DNA of 64,000 bases from Nitrospira sp. UBA6493 (lineage in GTDB: Bacteria > Nitrospirota > Nitrospiria > Nitrospirales > Nitrospiraceae). Below, in pieces: positions 18,207-29,124 of this stretch. The notes under the pieces are model-generated. The model was given only the letters and a program-made list of their open reading frames with translations, made no database searches and was not told the origin of the DNA. The position numbers were made by a program, and so were the translations under genes. Positions within the stretch are counted from its first letter, which is position 1. Each line of letters starts with the position of its first letter. The stretch covers positions 108,338 through 172,337 of the forward strand of contig DJMJ01000024.1 of NCBI GenBank assembly GCA_002435325.1, read 5' to 3'.

Positions 18207-21200
18207 CTAACGGACAATCTGTGCCTGCCCTACCCACCGCTCAACTTCCTGCAGCAGAGCGCGTTCTTCCACCGGCTTGGCGATATAGGCGCTCGCTCCG
18301 ATATTAATCGCCATCTGGCGATGCTTATCTCCCGCTCGTGTGGTCATGACAACCACCGGCGTCTGTTGAGTCTGAGTACGGCTCCGCAACGCTTGAATGA
18401 CTTCAAATCCGTTTAACTTCGGCATCTCAAGATCAGTAATAATCAGCCGGTAAGGCTGGGCCGAGGCTTTCCTCAAGCCATCCTCTCCATCCACCGCCGT
18501 ATCCACCTGATAGCCGGCATTTTCCAGCATGCGTCCGACGAATTTCCGAATACTGAGCGAATCGTCAATGAGCAGAATTGGCGCCACGGCCTTCTCTTCA
18601 GCTGCCGCGCCCTGTCCCTCCTCATACTCCTCGATCAACGCGGCGTCCGTTCCCGTCATCACCGCTAGCGATTCTTTCGTTTCACGAGCAAACAAGCGAC
18701 CCGGGTCGATAACCAACACGACCCTTCCTTCGGGATCGATCGTCGCCCCGCCGAAGAATGAGCGCTCCATCGGTTTCAGCAATCCCAACGTCTTGATGAC
18801 AATTTCCTGGCGTCCCAACAATTCATCGACAGCCAGCCCGACCGGGCCTGACATCGTCCGCACGATGACCACGGGCATGCTACTATTCACCGTCCCTGCC
18901 TCACGGCGAAGCAAATGGCGCAGAGGATAGAGATCCACTGCTTCCTCGCCAATGTGCAACATGGCACGATCGCCCATATGCTGGAGAGACGTGGCGGTCG
19001 GCATCGTCACTTCGCGGACGCTCGGCAACGGAATCGCAAACCGTTCAGACCCCGCGCGCACCAATAGCGCGGTCGCGATGAGCAAGGTCAGCGGCAAATC
19101 GAGCGTGAATTTCGTCCCGACACCGGGCTGCGATTCCACATCAATATGCCCGTTCATCCCTTCGATCACACGCTTGACCACATCGAGTCCCACGCCCCGC
19201 CCGGCTTGGTCTCCAACTTTATCCGCAGTCGAAAATCCCGGAGAAAAAATACACTTTAAGACTTCACCATCCGGCATGGATGACGCCTGCTCAGACCGGA
19301 CCAATCCTAACTTCACCGCCTTATCGCGAATCTTTTTGAGATCGAGACCACCGCCGTCATCCTCGACTTCGATGATAATGGAGTTCCCTCGATGAGCCGC
19401 ATGCAAATAAACCGTTCCAACGGCCGGTTTTCCCTTTGCCAATCGATCCGCCGCGGATTCAATCCCGTGATACACCGCATTGCGCACAAGGTGAACCAAA
19501 GGATCGACCAGCCGTTCCACGATTCCTGTATCTACTTCGGTATGTTCACCGGACGTCACGAGGGAAACCTCTTTCCCGGATGCGCGGGCGATTTCGCGAA
19601 TCGCGCGACGGAAACGAGTGAAGGGCGTCCCGACTGGCACCATTCGGGCGCGAGCGATTTCATCCCGCATGCCCAAAGTCAATTGCTGCAATTGGCTCAT
19701 ATCATCGTGCGAACGCCGAATTGATCCGCTCAATTGCGACATGGACTCGGTAATATCCGCCGTGACCTCACTGATCCGGCGGGCCAGAATATTGAAATCA
19801 TCGTACTTATCGAGTTCCAAACTCCCAAAATCACTCAGCCCTGGAAGCCCAGGCTCGCTCGACACGGATGGACTCGACGGGGCTGCCTGGAACGTGAACG
19901 TATGCTTTTCTTCAAACGACTGCACCGCGTCAACCAGCCGGCCCTTACAACCCAAGACCTGCTGGGATAATTGTTCTAAGACTTTCAATCGTTGTTCCAA
20001 TCGACCACGGCCAATCACCAACTCGCCGACCAGATTGAGCAACCGTTCCAGCCGTTCACGGCTGACACGAATGACTTCGCGATCTTCAGCCGTTTTCCCA
20101 TCGACCACCTTGGCCTGCGATGCGCCCTCTTGGATGCCGGGGCTTTGTTGGGGTGTGGCCACAAGTGATTCAACCGCCGACGGCAGCGCTGTGCCAGATG
20201 GAAGTCCGCCGTGATGCAAGTATTTCAGCTCGGATAGCGCTTTCGTGAACCGCTGTTGCGCTGTGGCCAGCATCGACGGATCACGCCACATCAGCACTCG
20301 CACCACATCAATCGAACGGAGCAAGAGATCCGTGTGGCCAGGCAACACCGCCATTTGGCCGTCGCGAACCGCCCCCATGAAATCTTCCACGTGATGCACC
20401 AAATCACCGATCGATTGGAAGCCAACCGTGTACGCGGATCCTTTCAACGTATGGGCGGTGCGAAATAATTGGTTAATTAGCTCGGCATTCTGAGGATCCT
20501 TATCAAGCCGGAGGAAATTGGCTTCCAATGACTCCAAATACTCTTGGGCTTCCGGGGTGAAGTACGACAACACCTCGGAGTCCAACTGGGGGACCAGATA
20601 ATCCGCGGACAGAATCGGAAGCGGATTCTCCCCCACTGCCACAGATGGGAGTGGCGAATTCGGCGCCACTGCAGAAGACGTCGGCGCGGCCGATTCCGAC
20701 ATCTGAGGGGCCATTACCACCGCTTCGCCATCGCGTATCTGCCTCAAGATCGTGAGCGTTGACGGCACTTCCTGCTGAAGTCGCTCAAGCTGGCCAGGAT
20801 CGCGGCGTAACAAAACCCGGATCGAGTTCACAGCCCGCGTCATCCCCTCAAATAACTCATCGGTTAACTGTCGCCGATGCTCCCGGACCGCGCCCATACA
20901 TTCTTCAATCGGGTGCGCCAAATCACCAATCACGGTGAAGCCAACGGTGTAGCCTGACCCCTTCAAGGTATGCGCGGTCCTGAAAAACCGGTATATGGCC
21001 TCGTCGTCAGCCGGACGTGCCTGCAACCCACGGATTAAGCTATCGATCGTGTCGAGATATTCCACCGCCTCCGGAACAAAATACGACAGAACCTCCTCAT
21101 CTAAATCGGGGATCAAATACTGCCGGCTCAATGGCTCAGCCTCGTCGCTCGAAGCTTCTCCAGCGTCTGATTGGGACACGGATGCCCCCTCCACGATAGC

Positions 21201-21596
21201 TTCATCATGAAGAAACCCTGACGATACCGCTAAACATCGCTCAATGGTGACGAGGTCTTCTCCCCCGCCTTGCCCAATGACATCGAGTTGCAACTGCACA
21301 CCTTGCACAATTTCCCGCATTGCCCCCACTGCTCTGATCCAATTGCCCTCTTGGATGGATCCCGCCTGCTCACAGAGTGATTCAAGCCGAGCACTCAGCT
21401 GAGCAATTCCCGCATACCCATAGAGCGCAGCCGCGCCTCGAATACGATGCGCCACAATATATTGTTCCTGAAGCTGCTGCGGGCTGGGAACCGAGCCGTC
21501 TGTCGGATGAAGCGCCAGCTTGAGCGCAGCCATCCCATCCGACGCTTCGGCCAGAAAGATGCCGGTCAAATTCTCTTGGTCGAATTCCGCGCTCAT
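18207..21596 (-). CDS. cheA: Hybrid chemosensory kinase CheA/ChpA: 3 Hpt, dimerisation, HATPase, CheW, REC
   Basis: AHRIRG and two AHTLKGS Hpt motifs; HLVRNAVYHG, DDGGG, GFST, GRGVGLDVV; C-terminal receiver. Confidence 0.92.
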   Translation of the reverse strand: MSAEFDQENLTGIFLAEASDGMAALKLALHPTDGSVPSPQQLQEQYIVAHRIRGAAALYGYAGIAQLSARLESLCEQAGSIQEGNWIRAVGAMREIVQGVQLQLDVIGQGGGEDLVTIERCLAVSSGFLHDEAIVEGASVSQSDAGEASSDEAEPLSRQYLIPDLDEEVLSYFVPEAVEYLDTIDSLIRGLQARPADDEAIYRFFRTAHTLKGSGYTVGFTVIGDLAHPIEECMGAVREHRRQLTDELFEGMTRAVNSIRVLLRRDPGQLERLQQEVPSTLTILRQIRDGEAVVMAPQMSESAAPTSSAVAPNSPLPSVAVGENPLPILSADYLVPQLDSEVLSYFTPEAQEYLESLEANFLRLDKDPQNAELINQLFRTAHTLKGSAYTVGFQSIGDLVHHVEDFMGAVRDGQMAVLPGHTDLLLRSIDVVRVLMWRDPSMLATAQQRFTKALSELKYLHHGGLPSGTALPSAVESLVATPQQSPGIQEGASQAKVVDGKTAEDREVIRVSRERLERLLNLVGELVIGRGRLEQRLKVLEQLSQQVLGCKGRLVDAVQSFEEKHTFTFQAAPSSPSVSSEPGLPGLSDFGSLELDKYDDFNILARRISEVTADITESMSQLSGSIRRSHDDMSQLQQLTLGMRDEIARARMVPVGTPFTRFRRAIREIARASGKEVSLVTSGEHTEVDTGIVERLVDPLVHLVRNAVYHGIESAADRLAKGKPAVGTVYLHAAHRGNSIIIEVEDDGGGLDLKKIRDKAVKLGLVRSEQASSMPDGEVLKCIFSPGFSTADKVGDQAGRGVGLDVVKRVIEGMNGHIDVESQPGVGTKFTLDLPLTLLIATALLVRAGSERFAIPLPSVREVTMPTATSLQHMGDRAMLHIGEEAVDLYPLRHLLRREAGTVNSSMPVVIVRTMSGPVGLAVDELLGRQEIVIKTLGLLKPMERSFFGGATIDPEGRVVLVIDPGRLFARETKESLAVMTGTDAALIEEYEEGQGAAAEEKAVAPILLIDDSLSIRKFVGRMLENAGYQVDTAVDGEDGLRKASAQPYRLIITDLEMPKLNGFEVIQALRSRTQTQQTPVVVMTTRAGDKHRQMAINIGASAYIAKPVEERALLQEVERWVGQAQIVR

Positions 21597-21647
21597 CCGA
21601 ATCTCCCTCTAACCCGGAGAATCATGGGGATTCTCCGGGTCGTCGGA

Positions 21648-23552
21648 TTAGGCCAATTTGAATTGCGACACGGAAGCCGTCAGACTTTCTGCCAGCTTGG
21701 CCATGTCTTCGACAGTCACACGCGCTGAGTCCGTCGCTTTCTGCGTGGCCACCGCACCACCGGTAAAGTCCTTGATCGATCGGCCCACTTTATCCGTCGA
21801 CGCCGTCTGGTCGGCGGCAGACGACGCAATACTCTGGGCCAATTCGGCGGACCGTTGCGCAATCGTCGAAATTTCTTTGAACACGTCACCTGTCCGCAAC
21901 GCCGAAGCGGATCCCGCTTCCACGGCCTGGGTTTCATGTTCCATGGCGACCACGGCATCCTGGGTTTCACCCTGAATGACCTTGACCAGATCGGAAATTT
22001 CGCGCGTCGCTTGCGTCGAACTTTCGGCCAGTTTTCTGACCTGATCGGCGACGACCGCGAATCGCGCTCCGGCCTCTCCGGCACCGGCGGCTTCGATCGC
22101 GGCATTGAGGGCCAAGAGGTTGGTCTGATTCGCGATATCGCGAATCGTCGACACGATCTGTGAAATTTCCAAGGACCGGTCGCCCAGCGCCTTCACCTGC
22201 TTCGACATACGCTGCACCGCCGCCCGAATGCTCTGCATGTCCTGCACAGTTTCTTGCACCGCGACACGTCCGCGTTCCGTCGCTTGCAGCACCTGGCGGG
22301 CCGATTCAGACGACGCGCCGGCGGTTTCAGACACCTGCCGCATCGAGGCCGCCAATTGTTCGACCGCGCCCATGGCTTTGACCGACTCGTCGGCTTGATG
22401 TTTGGCCGTCCCGGCCATCTGTCCGGCGTTATCGCGCAACGTCCCTGCTGATTTGTTGACGCGTTCCGCTGCCTCTCGAACCTGGCGCATCAATTGCGCA
22501 AATCGCTGAATCATGAGGTTGAAACCGTCGGCCAAGTTTCCGAACATGTCGGCCGTCACTTCACCGCGCTTCGTCAGGTCTCCTTTACCGACGTCGGACA
22601 CCAAGACGAGGAACTGCATAAGGCGCTTCTGCATGATGTCTCGTTCTTCCTCTGTGGACACCAGGGCCGTAATACGATCCAACATCGAGTTAAACGCCTT
22701 GGCCATATGACCCACCTCGTCGTCGCTTTCAAGTTTCGCACGGGCTTGCAGGTTGCCCGCCGCGGCTTGTTCCGCAACGTCGGCCACATGCACGATGTTT
22801 CGAGCGATATAACGAGCCAAGAAATAGCCGATCGCTCCTCCCAAAACGAGCGCCAACAGTCCTCCAAGAAGCACGACGTTCGTACGATAGGCGGCCTCGG
22901 CCTGCCCATTGTCATTCAAATCCTTTGCGACTTCACGAATGGTCGTCATCAACTCCCGCACACGCAACGTGGCAACACTGTATTTGTTTGCCACTTCGAC
23001 GTTAAGAGCCAAGTTACCTAACTCTCGCATACTCTGCTTCTGATCTTCCGACAACGCGGCAGAGAAGCTATCAGCAAAGGCGCTCACCGCTCCATCAGTA
23101 GATTCGAAATAATCCTTCAACGCCGTACGGAGAGCTGCAAGATCCTGGGCCTCACTGCGTCCGGTTGACGACTCGCGCATTTCGGTTGCCTGATACGAAG
23201 CAAGCGGGGTCATCGTCTTTTTCTTCAACTCGGCCAGCGGCGCTATGGCATCTTCGAAATCGGTCTTTCGTGTTTGCCGGCCCGCATTTAGCAATGCATC
23301 GTGGTAGAGGCCCAAGTTGGTACTGCTCACTCCGGTATTCGACAATGCCAGTGTCGATCCATCGTAAATGTTCTGCAACTCGCCCTTCAGCCGATTCAGA
23401 CCGACCAAACCGACCAGACCGACCGCGATCATGATTGCGCCGACGGCCGAAAATCCGATAATGAGCTTGGGGAGCGTCTTCAGGTTTTGAAACCACCTCT
23501 GCACTGACCATCCTGTCTTCTCGAACTTCTCCGACTTCCCGTTCCTCGCCAT
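21648..23552 (-). CDS. Methyl-accepting chemotaxis protein (PilJ-like)
   Basis: Two TMs around a helical sensor, HAMP domains, [23 protein letters not shown] hairpin. Confidence 0.92.
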   Translation of the reverse strand: MARNGKSEKFEKTGWSVQRWFQNLKTLPKLIIGFSAVGAIMIAVGLVGLVGLNRLKGELQNIYDGSTLALSNTGVSSTNLGLYHDALLNAGRQTRKTDFEDAIAPLAELKKKTMTPLASYQATEMRESSTGRSEAQDLAALRTALKDYFESTDGAVSAFADSFSAALSEDQKQSMRELGNLALNVEVANKYSVATLRVRELMTTIREVAKDLNDNGQAEAAYRTNVVLLGGLLALVLGGAIGYFLARYIARNIVHVADVAEQAAAGNLQARAKLESDDEVGHMAKAFNSMLDRITALVSTEEERDIMQKRLMQFLVLVSDVGKGDLTKRGEVTADMFGNLADGFNLMIQRFAQLMRQVREAAERVNKSAGTLRDNAGQMAGTAKHQADESVKAMGAVEQLAASMRQVSETAGASSESARQVLQATERGRVAVQETVQDMQSIRAAVQRMSKQVKALGDRSLEISQIVSTIRDIANQTNLLALNAAIEAAGAGEAGARFAVVADQVRKLAESSTQATREISDLVKVIQGETQDAVVAMEHETQAVEAGSASALRTGDVFKEISTIAQRSAELAQSIASSAADQTASTDKVGRSIKDFTGGAVATQKATDSARVTVEDMAKLAESLTASVSQFKLA

Positions 23553-23639
23553 GCCATTCTCCTTTCACCCCTCGAGGTGATCCGTCCTCACCAGAGCATT
23601 GCCCACGTTCGTGACTGCTTATCCGCGTCTCATTGAGAC

Positions 23640-24143
23640 TTACATAGCCGTACCTTCCACACAGGCCATCAATTTAGGTACATCCATCACACTGCTCATG
23701 CGCTCCTCAATTTTTGCCAGCCCCGAAACAAATGGTCGTGCTTCTGCCAACCCACGAGACGCGGTAGCCACATACTCATCCGACTGAATTGTCCGAATCT
23801 CTGGTACGGTATCGATCAATATCCCGACCTGCTGCTGTCCCTGCCGTATCACCACCGCATACTTCTGCTCGCCTAACGACGAGACGCCGAGGGACGGACG
23901 CAAATCCGCCAAGGGCATCACCGTACCCCGGAGATTTGCCACTCCGACTAAAATCGCCGGCAAGCCTGGCACGGGCGTCACGGATTCGACCTCGAAGACT
24001 TCTCGGACATGGCGAAGATCGACGGCAAACAGTTCTCCTCCGAGACTCATAAGGCAAATGCGAGAGGAGCCCGCCCCCCTGGCTCGCCCGGCCCGGTCTG
24101 ATGCCGGCATTGGCAATTGTGCAAGTTCGAGAGCTGGTTCCAT
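23640..24143 (-). CDS. cheW: CheW / PilI-like protein
   Basis: VTPVPGLP, GVANLRGTVMPLADL; ATG at 24143 after GAAGGA. Confidence 0.9.
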   Translation of the reverse strand: MEPALELAQLPMPASDRAGRARGAGSSRICLMSLGGELFAVDLRHVREVFEVESVTPVPGLPAILVGVANLRGTVMPLADLRPSLGVSSLGEQKYAVVIRQGQQQVGILIDTVPEIRTIQSDEYVATASRGLAEARPFVSGLAKIEERMSSVMDVPKLMACVEGTAM

Positions 24144-24187
24144 AGTGCTTCCTTCAAAGACGCCAGCGGCACACACTCCCCTCGCGG

Positions 24188-24550
24188 TTAACTCAAGGCG
24201 CGCTTTACGGCAGCCAACAGATCTTCCGCCTTGAAGGGCTTGACCACATGGCCATTGGCCCCTTGCTGCTGCCCCCAAAACTTGTCACTCTCCTGGCCTT
24301 TTGAGGTGCAGAGCACCACGGGAATCCCCTTGAACCGATCGTCATTTTTCAAATCACGGCAGGCTTGGAATCCGTTGCGACCCGGCATGACGACATCCAG
24401 GACGATAAGATCAGGCTTTTCAGCCACAATTTTATCTTCCAGCTTGTCGGTATTCGGGAACGATACCACCGTATGGTTGGCCGCCTTCAGGTAGCCTTCG
24501 ATCATCTGCAACTCGGCATACGAATCGTCAACGACAACAATCTTGCTCAT
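24188..24550 (-). CDS. Single-domain response regulator, PilH-like
   Basis: VVDDS, LDVVMPGRNGFQACR, TSKGQESDKFWG (PilH-type signature). Confidence 0.88.
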   Translation of the reverse strand: MSKIVVVDDSYAELQMIEGYLKAANHTVVSFPNTDKLEDKIVAEKPDLIVLDVVMPGRNGFQACRDLKNDDRFKGIPVVLCTSKGQESDKFWGQQQGANGHVVKPFKAEDLLAAVKRALS

Positions 24551-24588
24551 AATTCCCTTCCTCCGCCTCCATCGTTAAATGACACACC

Positions 24589-25323
24589 CTATTTCATGGG
24601 GATGATCACACTGATTGCTCCCGCGAGATCCCCCTCTTTCCACCCTTCCTTCTTTGTTCCGGTAATATCGCGCTCGCCCTTTGGCCCACCGTGGCACGAT
24701 AAGCATGTCGCACCGGCATACTCGGGATCCATCACCCGCATCACCGGTTTCCCACCAACCATCGTGGCCTTAGCATACTGCTGGCCTTTTGGATGCCGGG
24801 CATCGCTAAACATACGCAGCACTTCCGACTCAAAATCATCCGGCTTGTTGCCTGGAAACCGATAATCGATCCCCGTCAGCTTCAACCGAATGCCGGTCTT
24901 CTTATAGAACTTTTCTCCCGCCTTCCGTCCAAACACAGCGGGAATAAATCCCTTGAATGCCACTCCTTGCTTATTGATGACGGGTTGCCCTTCAAGCACC
25001 ACTTCACGCTCGGCTTCCAAGAGAGCCAAGAGCACCCCGCTTTGTGGCACCCCATTCGGGCGGCTTAAATCCACACGCGTCTTGGCCTTAAACTTCTCAA
25101 TCACTTGCTGGGCGAGAAATTCGTCGGTAAATCCCTTGTTTCCCCTGCTGGAATCGTTGATCAAAGCCTGGTGTTCAGAAACGACCGCTCGTCCGGCCTT
25201 TAGCAAATCGATCAACAGTTCAGCTGTTTCGGCCTCATCGCCTGCTCGAACAGACGATGGCATCCCGAACACCGCGACACAGAGGCCCGCTCCAAGAATG
25301 ATTGCCGCTATCTTCACCTTCAT
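24589..25323 (-). CDS. Exported monoheme c protein, DUF3365/Tll0287-like
   Basis: Signal peptide; NKPDDFE, CLSCHG, GWKEGDLAGAISVIIP. Confidence 0.8.
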   Translation of the reverse strand: MKVKIAAIILGAGLCVAVFGMPSSVRAGDEAETAELLIDLLKAGRAVVSEHQALINDSSRGNKGFTDEFLAQQVIEKFKAKTRVDLSRPNGVPQSGVLLALLEAEREVVLEGQPVINKQGVAFKGFIPAVFGRKAGEKFYKKTGIRLKLTGIDYRFPGNKPDDFESEVLRMFSDARHPKGQQYAKATMVGGKPVMRVMDPEYAGATCLSCHGGPKGERDITGTKKEGWKEGDLAGAISVIIPMK

Positions 25324-25751
25324 AGATCCCCCTCCTTCGCGACCACGCCACCATTGTTCACAAGCAAGTGTAGCTGCTTATGCACCGTTGGCAAGAAATC
25401 GATGGAATTTTGCCAACCAGGTTCCCGCTCCGTTTCGCTGTTAACTTGATCCAGGATAGACCGCACTCGTACATATGGAAGATCCCTACAATGGCAACAA
25501 TTGTGCGCCATTGCACCGAGATCAATCTCAACGAACGTCTCTACATTAAATGCTAGTAAATGCTATGAGATCAGATCACATTGCTATCTATATCGGCAGG
25601 AATGAGCAAATGCTGAAGCCCAACATTTTCCGTGGACTGTTGCGCACCGAATGGCAATTGTCGGCACTTCGATGTACCGGCTCCGTCGAGCCTGGAGAGG
25701 CGGCAAGAAGAGCAGATCGGACTACCAGCCAGCAATTGCTGGAGATGGCGG

Positions 25752-27284
25752 CTAGGATGAGGGCGAAGGAAACTGCAAGAGATCGATCTGGCGAAGATGG
25801 CAGCGCACATGATCTGCCCACCGATCAAGCTCATGGTCGAAACGACGCGAAACCCGGTCTGAAACTTCAGAATCGATCGGAGTCAATCCTTTCCGCCGAC
25901 GAATCCGATTCAGCCACACTCGACGAAAACCAGGTTGATCGAACACACCATGGATATAGGTGCCCCAGATGAGACCGTTGTCGCTCACTGCCCCATCCAG
26001 ACCATCTGTCCAACCTCGAGCGATTGCATCAATACTCCCTACAGGGCATACCTGGAAACAGGGACGGACCTGCCCGCGTTGCGTCTCCCCCATGTGAATA
26101 TAGTACCCGCGGATATTGGCTTTCCCGGCATTGACATGCAGCGCTTGCGCCTCGACCAATAGGGTCGTTTTGGTTGGCAGCATGCTGGTGGTGACATCCA
26201 GCCATCCAAATCCTTCCACCACACCACCAGACTCCACCCCTTCGGGATCGGCGATACTGCGCCCCAGCATTTGATAGCCCCCGCAAATGCCAACCAACTC
26301 ACGCCCCTGGGCTACATGCATCCCTAATGCCTCCGGGAAACCCGTCTCTCGAAGGTAGTGCAAATCACCGATCGTATTTTTTGTGCCAGGAATCACGACA
26401 ATATCGGCTCCGGCAAGATCACGTGGATCGGCAACATAGCGAAGGATCACATCGTCCTCGGCGGCCAGCCGGCGAACATCCGTAAAATTGCTCATGCGCG
26501 GCAGCAGAACGACGGCAATGTTGATCCGATCTGGCGCAAATGGAGCCTGCCGGGCGCGGTCGATCTCAAGGCTATCCTCCTGGTCTAACACAAGGTCGCG
26601 CAACATCGGCACAACCCCAAGAACAGGAAGGCCGGTTCGTTGCTCAATGAACCTTACTCCATCTTCGAACAGTGACGCATCACCGCGAAATTTATTGATG
26701 ATGATGCCGATCACCCGCGCCCGCTCACGAGGAGCCAGCAAATCCAGCGTGCCGATAACCTGGGCGAACACCCCGCCGCGATCGATGTCGGCCACCAGGA
26801 CGACCTGCGCATCCGCCATGTCCACCGCAGACCAATTAGCCAAGTCGCGGTCCCGCAAATTCATTTCAGCGGCGCTCCCTGCGCCCTCAATGACTATGAG
26901 GTCGTACTGGCTGGCTAATCGTTCGTAGCTCTCCTGCACTCGCTCAGCCAGCTCTGCACGCCGCTCAAAATAAGTTCTGGGTTCCGCCTTGCCCCACACC
27001 TTCCCTTGCACCACGATCTGCGCGCTGCGATCCGACTCCGGCTTCATCAAGATCGGATTCATGTCCGCATCGGGATCGAGCCCGCAGGCCTGCGCTTGCA
27101 GCGCCTGCGCCCGTCCGATTTCTCTTCCGTCCGGCGTGACATATGAATTGTTCGACATGTTCTGCGCCTTAAATGGCGCGACTCGGACTCCGGCCCGGAA
27201 AAAGAGGCGGCACAACCCGGCCGTAATCAAACTTTTCCCAACATCCGAGCCCGTTCCCAACACTGCCAATGCGCGCGCCTTCAT
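25752..27284 (-). CDS. cobQ: Cobyric acid synthase
   Basis: GTGSDVGKS, PFKAQNMSNNS, EGAGSAAE, GICGGYQMLG, GTYIHG. Confidence 0.95.
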   Translation of the reverse strand: MKARALAVLGTGSDVGKSLITAGLCRLFFRAGVRVAPFKAQNMSNNSYVTPDGREIGRAQALQAQACGLDPDADMNPILMKPESDRSAQIVVQGKVWGKAEPRTYFERRAELAERVQESYERLASQYDLIVIEGAGSAAEMNLRDRDLANWSAVDMADAQVVLVADIDRGGVFAQVIGTLDLLAPRERARVIGIIINKFRGDASLFEDGVRFIEQRTGLPVLGVVPMLRDLVLDQEDSLEIDRARQAPFAPDRINIAVVLLPRMSNFTDVRRLAAEDDVILRYVADPRDLAGADIVVIPGTKNTIGDLHYLRETGFPEALGMHVAQGRELVGICGGYQMLGRSIADPEGVESGGVVEGFGWLDVTTSMLPTKTTLLVEAQALHVNAGKANIRGYYIHMGETQRGQVRPCFQVCPVGSIDAIARGWTDGLDGAVSDNGLIWGTYIHGVFDQPGFRRVWLNRIRRRKGLTPIDSEVSDRVSRRFDHELDRWADHVRCHLRQIDLLQFPSPSS

Positions 27285-28015
27285 CTGTGCCGCTCCCGCC
27301 ACTGTTTCTCCTTGGCTAAACCACGGGCCACACATCGGGCCACGACACGGCCGATAAGTGCCCCGATGTCCGTATGGGTGCCGCTATATGCCAGCCACGG
27401 CCCCTTCCCCCGCAACCGGCAGGCCACCACCACCGCATCAGTTCCGGTCCCGGTAGCGCCAGCCTCCCCCGTCCAACTCGGCACAGCGTGATCTCGCAAC
27501 ACCCCGGTCTTGCTCTCTGTCGCGACTTGCACCGCGCCCACCATCGCCGCACTCGACAGACAGGCATTCGTCACCAGGATGAGATTGATCGTTCCCGGTC
27601 CGGCTGCCCGTTTTCGACGGACGCTCGGTTCAGGCCACTCCCCGGCTCGCACAGCATTCGTCACCCCAACGGTGGCGAAACACTCGACCCAGACTGCTCC
27701 GGACACGCCCCGTGCGGTCACCATCTGCTTCATCGGGACGGCGGTCATTAGCCCGACCGTTCCCCGCTTCACTCCCAGCGTGACGGCCAACCGCCGGAGA
27801 TACCGGGCAGGATCACCCCAGCGTTGCGCGGCACGAGACGTGTTCGTAACCGGATTCGACTGGACTTGATGATTCAGGATATGCGATGCCGTGGTGAACC
27901 CGCCTCCTTGCGGAGCGGACGAGAGTACACGCATTGGTCCTCCAAGATCGATGATGAGGGTCTGCCCCATGACTTGATTCCGTGTCTCCACGCGTAAAGA
28001 GATTCCTTTCGTCAT
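27281..28015 (-). CDS. cbiZ: Adenosylcobinamide amidohydrolase
   Basis: GLMTAV, GTINLIL, ATESK, ATGTGTDAVVV. Confidence 0.88.
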   Translation of the reverse strand: MTKGISLRVETRNQVMGQTLIIDLGGPMRVLSSAPQGGGFTTASHILNHQVQSNPVTNTSRAAQRWGDPARYLRRLAVTLGVKRGTVGLMTAVPMKQMVTARGVSGAVWVECFATVGVTNAVRAGEWPEPSVRRKRAAGPGTINLILVTNACLSSAAMVGAVQVATESKTGVLRDHAVPSWTGEAGATGTGTDAVVVACRLRGKGPWLAYSGTHTDIGALIGRVVARCVARGLAKEKQWRERHR

Positions 28016-29124
28016 GACCGGTTTTCGATCAGCAAACGGGAAAGAGATTGTATCAGCCGGTCGTTATCGCGAGGCTGCCGCACTGCAATCCTGATCGAGC
28101 GCGCGTTCGCGCCCGGTACTGTGGAGCAGTCCCGGATCAGCAACCCTTCTCGTCGCAGACGTTCCGTCATCTTCCTCGCCTGCCATCCACGGGGCAATTC
28201 CATAAAGATGAAATTGGCATGTGCTGGAAATACCGTGCATCCCGGCAACCCCGCAAGCAACCCGGCCAATCGAGTGCGCTCTTTCATCACAAACTGGAGA
28301 CTCTTCCGGGCATGTGCTGTATCGTGCAGCGCGGCCAAGGCGGCCACTTGCCCCATCGCATTCACAGACCAGGGCGGCAATGCTCCCCGCAGCTTCCGCA
28401 CCACTGAATCCCTCGCGACCGCGTATCCGACTCGCAATCCCGGCAATCCATAGAATTTCGTCAGACTTCGCAACACCACGACGCGCGACAAAGACGATGC
28501 CAGGGGCAAGACCGATCGTTCCTGACAGTAGTCGGCGAACGTTTCATCGACGATCAACCAGACACCCTGCCGCTGCGCAACTCTCGCCAACTCCAGCACG
28601 TCCTGAGCACCGCAGGACTGCCCCGTCGGACTGTTGGGATTACAGAACACGACCCCGTCAACCGCCCGAGGCCCGTTCTTCTGCCGGTGCAGCAAGCTGC
28701 AAATTCGCTCGACTGGCAAGGCATACTGTTCGTCTCGATCAGCACAGACCTGCGTCACGTGCCCGCCATGGCACACCATGGCCGCGGCATACTCGGAGAA
28801 CGTGGGCTGCACTACCAACAAATGATCGATCTTGAGCGCGTGCGGAAGGGCATAGATCAATTCCATCGAGCCGTTTCCCAACACGATCTGCGCTGATTCA
28901 CACTGCCATTGCGTGGCCAACGCCTGACGAAGCGCCCAACAGTCAGGATCAGGATAATGGGACAACACATGACGAGCGCCGGTGATTGCCCGCCAGACCC
29001 GCGGAGAAGGCCCCAGCGGATTGATGCTGGCGCTGAAATCAAGCACCTCCGTCACATCGCGCTGCAACTCGCGCGACGCGGCATAGACATCGCCGCCATG
29101 TGGACGAGCCTTCAGACGAGCCAT
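28012..29124 (-). CDS. cobD: Threonine-phosphate decarboxylase
   Basis: HGGD, DFSASINPLGP, NPNSPTG, RSLTKFYGLPGLRVGY. Confidence 0.9.
   Translation of the reverse strand: MARLKARPHGGDVYAASRELQRDVTEVLDFSASINPLGPSPRVWRAITGARHVLSHYPDPDCWALRQALATQWQCESAQIVLGNGSMELIYALPHALKIDHLLVVQPTFSEYAAAMVCHGGHVTQVCADRDEQYALPVERICSLLHRQKNGPRAVDGVVFCNPNSPTGQSCGAQDVLELARVAQRQGVWLIVDETFADYCQERSVLPLASSLSRVVVLRSLTKFYGLPGLRVGYAVARDSVVRKLRGALPPWSVNAMGQVAALAALHDTAHARKSLQFVMKERTRLAGLLAGLPGCTVFPAHANFIFMELPRGWQARKMTERLRREGLLIRDCSTVPGANARSIRIAVRQPRDNDRLIQSLSRLLIENRS

Noticed and set aside
25550-25972. 140-aa plus-strand ORF between the heme gene and cobQ
   Set aside because: It overlaps the cobQ 3' end by ~220 bp, and has no RBS or motif.
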